A stretch of 64,000 nt of DNA from Octopus vulgaris (lineage: Eukaryota), in contig OX597817.1 of NCBI GenBank assembly GCA_951406725.2, positions 121,520,001-121,584,000 on the forward strand. Direction: 5' to 3'. Shown here piece after piece: positions 56,770 to 64,000 of this stretch. Positions within the stretch are counted from its first letter, which is position 1. Every line of letters starts with the position of its first letter. Both the position numbers and the translations under genes were made by a program. The notes under the pieces are model-generated. The model made no database searches and was not told where the DNA came from. It was given only the letters and a program-made list of their open reading frames with translations.

Positions 56770-56960
56770 TGATCGTTAGCCACTACACACACTTGTGTCT
56801 CTCCTTGTTTCTCTCCCTGTTTTTTCTGTGTCCTTTTCTGTAGAAGAGCGTAGGCTCGAAACGTAAAAGACTTTTTCTATTCCTGAGCGTTATACTAATG
56901 CATCTGTTTGTTTTGTACACCACTTGTCTTCGTCTTTTGCTTCTTTCGTAAACTCTCCCT
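56770..56960 (+). mobile_element. Short hammerhead-like element, subfamily 2 (core 56834-56869); inverted 3' fragment at 56198-56265
   Basis: tttt CTGTAGA a gagc-gtag-gctc GAAACGTA aaag; ends at (AT)n. Confidence 0.65.
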
Positions 56961-57839
56961 ATATATATATAAAGATATATATATATATATATATATATTT
57001 AAAGATATATCTGTGTGTATCCCCCACCGTCACTTGACAACCAGCGGTGGTTTGTTTAAGTGCCCTAAACTTTGCAGTTGCGCAAAAACAAACCGATAGA
57101 GTAAGCTTCATGTTAAAAAAAAGAAGAGGGTACTGGGGTCGATCTGTTCGACTAAGCTCTTCAAAGCGGCAATCTAAGTCAACGATAAACGCTAAAACGT
57201 TAATCATTTGTAGTCTATTATTTAGGGATTGCCTGCAAATTGATAACGTATTATAAAAATCTCATTCGAATTATAACTATTGTAATTTTATTCATGATTA
57301 TTTAAGAATTAATCAACATATGATTGAAGGCGATATCCTGATAGGCACGCAATCCATATACAATATAATTAATTTTAAGAAGTTAAATAAATAATTATGC
57401 TCCGTCCTGGCGTAAACTTTATAACTTTTACTTGTCAAACTAGCATCTAATAATTTGTTCTCTTTCTGTTTGTACCAACGTTTAGAAAAGATTGTCCTCT
57501 CCTCCTCCTCCTCCCTCGCTCTCACTCTCTGTTCAACCTGTTCAACTCTCTCTCTTTCTCTCTTTTTTCATAAACACACACGCACGCACGCACACATATA
57601 TTAACGCATACAGTTTGGGAATATATTTAGTATGTAAAGCAATTGCTTACGTATTCACGTCTTCTAATTAAGTATATTCGGTATGGATTGCGTGCTAAAC
57701 TGTATTTATGTATAACAGAATTCAATAGCATGTGTAGATTAATTTTTAATTAGTCATGAACATAATTACAATATAGTTATATCTTGACGAAGATCTTCAT
57801 TGTAAATTGTCAATTTAAAGACATATTTACACATATAAG

Positions 57840-57908
<69 letters not shown>

Positions 57909-57947
57909 TTATCTATCTATCTATCTGTCTGTCTGTCTGTCTATCTG

Positions 57948-57978
<31 letters not shown>

Positions 57979-57979
57979 G

Positions 57980-58024
<45 letters not shown>

Positions 58025-59414
58025 ATATGTATCTATCTATCTTTCTATCTATCTATTTACACACACGCACTTGCGCGCGAGTACACATGCACACACAGAC
58101 ATACAAGCACAGCTACGAAACTGAGTTGTGATGTAGTTTGTTATCGTTTTCTATAAATGGTGTACAATCAATCTTGGGAATGTTAATGCAGGTGGATAAA
58201 CTGATCTTTAGTGGACATCAATATCTACATCTGGTGTTTGTATTTGTATTGCTGTTGTGCATACTGCAAAATATTTTGATATGATATTTCCTCGAAAGTG
58301 CTTGGTTTAGCCAAGAATGAAGACTTGATCTTGTCATTTTTTTTTATCTCGCTTCGGCTCAGTGTGCTTGTAGAATGAGATTTAATAAGAATACACGACA
58401 AACATGAAGGTAAATTGCGTTTAAAATACCAAAACATGAAAATTCTGTATCAAAAGGAAAAGCTAGAATTCAGTGAGATGAAAAAAAAGAATTGAAAACA
58501 GCATGAAAAATAAGTTTTTGTAGAAGGAAAAGATTATGCGTCAAATATTAATAGAAAAGTAATAGTCTTCTTTTGCCGTTTTTTATTTACCCTTCTACTT
58601 TTTGTATGAACTTTTTTCGCGTGGTTTCTCAAATAGTAGCGTCTTGATTTTCAAAGAGAACATGATCTCACAGACGGAGAGTTACTTGGAGACACAAGGC
58701 ACGTTATAAAAAACTACTTAGACACGTGTCTTTTCAGTAAGAAACTATTAGTAGTTCTCATCATTATATCGTGTACATTAAACGATATATATATATATAT
58801 ATCTGTGTGCATATCTCTGTGTATATTTCTGTGTATATGTATGTATATGTATATATGTATTGTGTGTGATTTCCGTTTGCTTACGTCATAATCCACATAT
58901 AAGAAAGAGTTCAATGTTAAAAATATAATATTGGCTTAATTAGATCTATTCATATTCCTCAAGCATGGCCATTGGTAGGGTATTTGCACTGATATTAAGA
59001 CAGTTCTATTATATTTTTATTAACTAAATACTGATAGTAATATATTCAGTTGCAGTTTCTTACAATTCATGTAATACATTTAATGTACATTTTCTTTGTT
59101 TAATAAAGTGTGGTCTCTGCTTCATTGGTTCTGTTGAACTCATTCCTGTATCATTCTACACTGTAGTCTACTATATTTCTTTATGCTTGCTAAAGACTCG
59201 AAACTGTTTTATTTGATAGATATAATTTCGAATTGTACGACTGAGATTGTATATGTCTGTGAACACACACTACTTTCTTGTATATATAGGTATTCGTGTA
59301 AATGAACGTCATATATTTGTTGTATATTTATGCATGAAAATAGGGTGTGCTTGACCGAGGAGTTTTACTGGAAGTACTATGGACAGTGAAGTTAAATCCA
59401 TTGCTATTTTCCAG

Positions 59415-59476
59415 GTTTCCATTTAGTTGATCGACGACTATTTCATCAACTTACCGGATGCAGACTGTCGCTAGAT
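59415..59476 (+). other. Candidate 62-nt exon
   Basis: ttgctattttccag|GTTTCC...CTAGAT|gtatgt; one open frame FHLVDRRLFHQLTGCRLSLD. Confidence 0.2.
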
Positions 59477-61877
59477 GTATGTACAACTCTCCTTTTCATA
59501 ACAGTCATATAGAACACTGTGAAAGCAGATCTTATTGAAGAACGTATAGCTTTTAAGCTGTATACTCGTGAAAGGACAACTCTAGTCCCATATTGTATGT
59601 CTGTTGTAAAGCAACCATAATACACGCCAACAATAACCGCTTCATCTAGTAGATAGCAACCTGAAGTTCTAAAAATGTCGAAGAATGTTACAAAGCTGCC
59701 TTTTCCAGATAAGGGGTGAATTTACTAAGACGTTCGCAAACGTATTTCAAATTATTTAAGACAAGATGATAATGTCTGTGAGAGGGATGGCAATGATGAC
59801 GAAAATCTAAACACTACTCTCAACGCTGAGTATATTTTTCTAAGAAAATCTACATATGAAATATCTGTGACTCAGAAAAATGCTTCTGTACATTATAATT
59901 AATGAACTGCATATATTCTTTCATATTTCTATATTTTCAGTACTACTTTTCATAGACATCAAATTCCTAATAAGGGTTAAATGTGAAACACTGGTAATAT
60001 GACAAGCATTATACGATTATAAATTCGTTTGGATCTTTCTTTGTAGTTTATAGGCGTGGAATCTAATATATTTTATGTTTATTTTTCTGAATATCTGTAT
60101 ATAGACGTTAAAGTCTTAAGTAAATAACAATGAGACACTTCATAAAAGTCATTTTATAAAAAGTAGGTTCTAAGTAAAGTGTTTGCCCTGCAAGTACTTC
60201 ATGGGTGAAGTTATTTTCATTCAAGAAAATCATTAAGCCATTTAGAAAAAGAGCATAAAGCTCAGTCCTTCCGACAAATATTCTTGATCGCATATTAATC
60301 CGCTGTTTTACGTGCGTGTAAAAAATATTAAAGAGTGTATTCTGAAACTTCTGTAGAGATAGCCTGTCAAATTCTCTTAAGTAATTTCAGCAGCACACGA
60401 TCGGATATGGTATAATAATAATGATGTATGATGATTTTATTGACCGAGAATTAATCTAATAGAACTTACATGTAAACGTCTAATCACGGCTATGAACTTT
60501 TCCATTAAAGTACACCATTAAACATATCCTAAGCTGTAAGGTCAGTGTTTCATGTTAAATACAAGCAATGGTTTTCTAATTTAAATTTTGTAATGGAGAT
60601 ATGCTTTATTTTGTTTCCACTCATGAAATCTTGTTTATAAATGGCGGCTAATAGTTTTAACTTTTAACCCGCTTTTCTTTCTTCAAGTTAATAGTGTCAA
60701 ACAATATTAAAAATATTGGATGCTATAACTGAAATGTCTTTCATTTTATAAAAGAGATGGTATTAAATTTCAATGAAAAATAATGTTGTTTTAGTGACAT
60801 TGACACTAGTTTTATAAAAGAAAAATGATGCATGAAGCAATTTCATCAGTAACACTAATATCATTTTCCCATGAGGAATAGCCAAATATAAGTTATGAAA
60901 AACATATTATGAGATCCCCATTATATTTACATTTATTACATAAATATTTCTTTCTCAAGAAGAGTACTGATGGTTTTCTAAGTAGAGAATATGATAAATA
61001 TTTAAATAGCAAATGAATAGAATCGATGCCCACGAGTTAAATAGAATGCTAATAATTCCCACCCATACAGTTACGTATTTAATGTTTATATCACATTCAT
61101 GTACAATAACAACATTTAGTCTAAAAGAAAGCAAAATAACAAATTTACTGACTGGAAACGAGTAACTGAACGACTTATTTCACTATCAGCAGAAGGTGTG
61201 AAGGTGTTCTAGCTTTGAGCATTCAAACTTTATGCATGTAAAATTACATGTGCTTTTTTCTATTCGGAAATTATGCAAACTGAATAATCTCGTAGAAGCT
61301 CACTTTTTGACTTGAAATCATTTGATTGTTTTTAGTGATGTTTAGTTAGGATGTGAGACAAGATTGCGCAGGCCTTTGATCAAATGCATTGCATCCGTAA
61401 CCGTTCTTTCTTTTTTTTATATGCAGCGTGCTCTGAGCGACATGTATCGTTTTCCAAGTAGTTATGCTGTGATTTTTGGACGATCTAATTGCCATTTCTA
61501 GTAGGTCTATAGAATGCGGAGAGACGCATTCCCCAATATTCGTCCTCGTACCTATTTTACGAATTAATACTCATGCAGTGTTTATCATTTGGATTGTAAT
61601 TCGAAATATGTATGTATTTGTAAGATCCTTTCGTTCTGGAGGTAATTGAATAAATTGGAAGAATGGATAAAATCATAAATTTTCTAATGAATATCGATAT
61701 TAATAGAAAGTAAGTGTGGTGAACAAAACCAAGACATCTACTTAGTAAATGAGAATAGATTGAATCGAAATCCAAATAATGGACTACTGGATTACTGTTA
61801 TCTAGTTCTACAAATTTCTATAGAGAATCCTCGAAATTTGAGGAAGTTACATTTTTCGCTAGATCGCAAGAGAATAA

Positions 61878-62046
61878 CACCATTATTTACATTATTTACA
61901 ATTGACAAATATTTGTCCTCATCTTGTTTGTTTCGGCTGATACACCCTCCAGCCTTCATCAGGTATCTTCGGGAAATTTCGAACCTGGGTTCTCATTCCT
62001 AAGGTATTTTTCGATGTTGTTGTTGTTACTATTCTTCTTCTTCTTC

Positions 62047-62098
<52 letters not shown>

Positions 62099-62160
62099 CC
62101 AAGTCACTGCCTGCAATCAAACTCGGAATCTTGGGGTTAGTAGTCCGCGTTCTTAACCAT
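61878..62160 (-). mobile_element. tRNA-headed SINE-like element: head + (AAT)n + tail with partial hammerhead core (61930-61966)
   Basis: Minus strand: tRNA-like head 62160-62101, (AAT)n, then CTGATGA a ggctg-gagggtgtat-cagcc GAAAc; stem III and cleavage site absent. Confidence 0.6.
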
Positions 62161-62244
62161 ATGGCGTAGTGGTTAAGAGCGCGTGTTACTAACCCAAAGA
62201 TTCCGAGTTCGGTTCCAGACAGTGACCTGAATAATAATAATAAT

Positions 62245-62314
<70 letters not shown>

Positions 62315-62320
62315 TAGAAA
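62161..62320 (+). mobile_element. Inverted second copy of the same tRNA-like head with (AAT)n
   Basis: A box tggcgtagtgg, B-box-like gagttcggttcc; reverse complement of 62101-62160. Confidence 0.8.
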
Positions 62321-62417
62321 CTTTTTTCATAACGGGTGTGAAAGACAGATAGTTAGACACACAACCACATATACACCTACACACACACACACATATTTAT
62401 AGGCGTGTGTGTGTGTA

Positions 62418-62780
62418 GTCGCAATGGCCCAGTGGTTAGGGCAGCGGACTCGCGGTCGTAGGATCGCGGTTTCGATTCCCAGACCGGACGTTGTGAGTGT
62501 TTATTAAGCGAAAGCACCTAAAGCACCACGAGGCTAAAAGCATATATGTGTGTGTGTGTGTGTGTGTAGTCGCAATGGCCCAGTGGTTAGGGCAGCGGAC
62601 TCGCGGTCGTAGGATCGCGGTTTCGATTCCCAGACCGGACGTTGTGAGTGTTTATTAAGCGAAAGCACCTAAAGCACCACGAGGCTAAAAGCACCACGAG
62701 GCTAAAACAATGCGAAGCGCATTGTGACCAGCGATGTGTAGCAACATCTGATACCCTGGTCGGTCACGGTGATCACGGGG
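62418..62780 (+). mobile_element. tRNA-derived SINE family D head, exact tandem duplicate (62418-62536, 62569-62685), plus tail
   Basis: A box tggcccagtgg, B box ggtttcgattccc; the two heads are identical. Confidence 0.85.
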
Positions 62781-62811
62781 ATATATATGTATATATGTAT
62801 GTGTATATATG

Positions 62812-62917
<106 letters not shown>

Positions 62918-62944
62918 AACATACATACATGCATACATATGAAT

Positions 62945-63143
62945 ATGTTTGTGTGTCTGTGCGTGTCCCCACCATCTCTTGACCATCGATGTTGGTAGTT
63001 TTACGTCCCCGTAACTTAGCGGCTCGGCAAATACACCGATAGAATAAGCTCTGAGCGTACAAAGAATAAATCCTGGGGTCGATTTGTTCGACTAAAGGCG
63101 GTGCCCCAGCAAATAACTTAAACAAGTAAAAGAATAAAAGAAT
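62945..63143 (+). mobile_element. SINE family B, 3' half
   Basis: ttacgtccccgtaacttagcgg...cctggggtcgatttgttcgactaaaggcggtg. Confidence 0.85.
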
Positions 63144-63146
63144 ATA

Positions 63147-63436
63147 CAGTTGATGAGAGAAGCGGAAAATTGATTTAGTACGAATTTTTATTCGACTCTA
63201 CGACCGTTTCGACCCATCCCGAAGCTGTCCCTTACGGGTAGGATACTGTGCGTCTAGTTGTGTTGCATCAATCAGTGTACCCACATACTTGGAAGAACTT
63301 AGAATATGTAGTATGAGGAGACACAGACTGCACTGATTGGTGCAACACAACTAGAGCGCAATATCCTACTCGTATGGTTGAGTCGAAGCAAGCGTCGCGT
63401 TGAATAAAATCCATTTTCCGTCTCCCTCATCAATTA
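63147..63436. mobile_element. Palindromic MITE with long imperfect TIRs and TA flanks
   Basis: ta|cagttgatgagagaagcggaaaat ... attttccgtctccctcatcaatta|ta; inner arms tacgggtaggata..ctagttgtgttgcatcaatcagtg / cactgattggtgcaacacaactag..tatcctactcgta. Confidence 0.75.
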
Positions 63437-63578
63437 TAAACCAAACGAACACTGCAGAATTCCTGATGTTGATCTAGGGAAAATTATAACGTGACTGGGG
63501 ATAATATAAGGAAGCCCAAACAGTGAAAATGCGTTAATTGACATACTAACAGACATATACCCAAAGCCCAAATAACTA

Positions 63579-63632
<54 letters not shown>

Positions 63633-64000
63633 CCATTTGCGAAAATTACTTAGCAGGTTAGCCATACCGTCCTGCTTCTTTTAAAAGTATTTAAAACCAT
63701 GCTATATTTGGTGTTTGCTCTTCTTTTTTACGGCGAGATTTGAGTTTTAGCTGCTATTTTTGAAGAGTTGGCTGCTATTTTTAACTAGCCGAAGGACTAC
63801 AAGTAGACGCCAACTACGCATCGTCAGTGTTTAAATTTAGGAAATGAAATATAGATTTCTTGTTTGTTTCAGAATTATCTAATAGATATGATCTGTTGCA
63901 TAAAACATGAGTATGGACGAATAAAATGCATAATACATTCCCTTTAGTATGAATTCCAATAAAGCGTTTGATAAACATATCAACATATTGAATAATTTCT

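Noticed and set aside
62418-62490. Possible tRNA gene (also 62163-62225)
   Set aside because: A and B boxes are present, but there is no convincing acceptor stem or cloverleaf, and the sequence continues into SINE body; treated as tRNA-derived SINE heads.

Overview
This is eukaryotic, very AT-rich, repeat-dominated intronic or intergenic DNA. It is most likely from an octopus, inferred from the tRNA-derived SINE families and the extreme (AT)n/(CA)n/(TCTA)n/(TTA)n density. I recognise no intact host gene: almost all listed ORFs are microsatellite translations, and I find only a few low-confidence candidate exons plus one CRE+ETS promoter-like site. Recognisable mobile-element remnants are a young, GC-rich Tx1/L1-like LINE 3' end embedded in (TCTA)n, a decayed Penelope-like element (RT + GIY-YIG), R4/Dong-like fragments in (TTA)n, four Tc1/mariner-superfamily fossils (two mariner, one DD41D rosa-type, one DD37D maT-type), a MITE and many SINEs. 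The most notable signal is a set of about ten minimal type I hammerhead-ribozyme-like motifs in short non-coding elements, mostly bounded by (AT)n. They include a head-to-head palindromic pair, a long-stem-II variant, a four-copy family with covarying stem I and a tRNA-headed SINE-like element with a hammerhead tail. The window also shows apparent partitioning of microsatellite types among retroelement clades and several foldback or template-switch rearrangements. All structures were read by eye; none was computed or tested.
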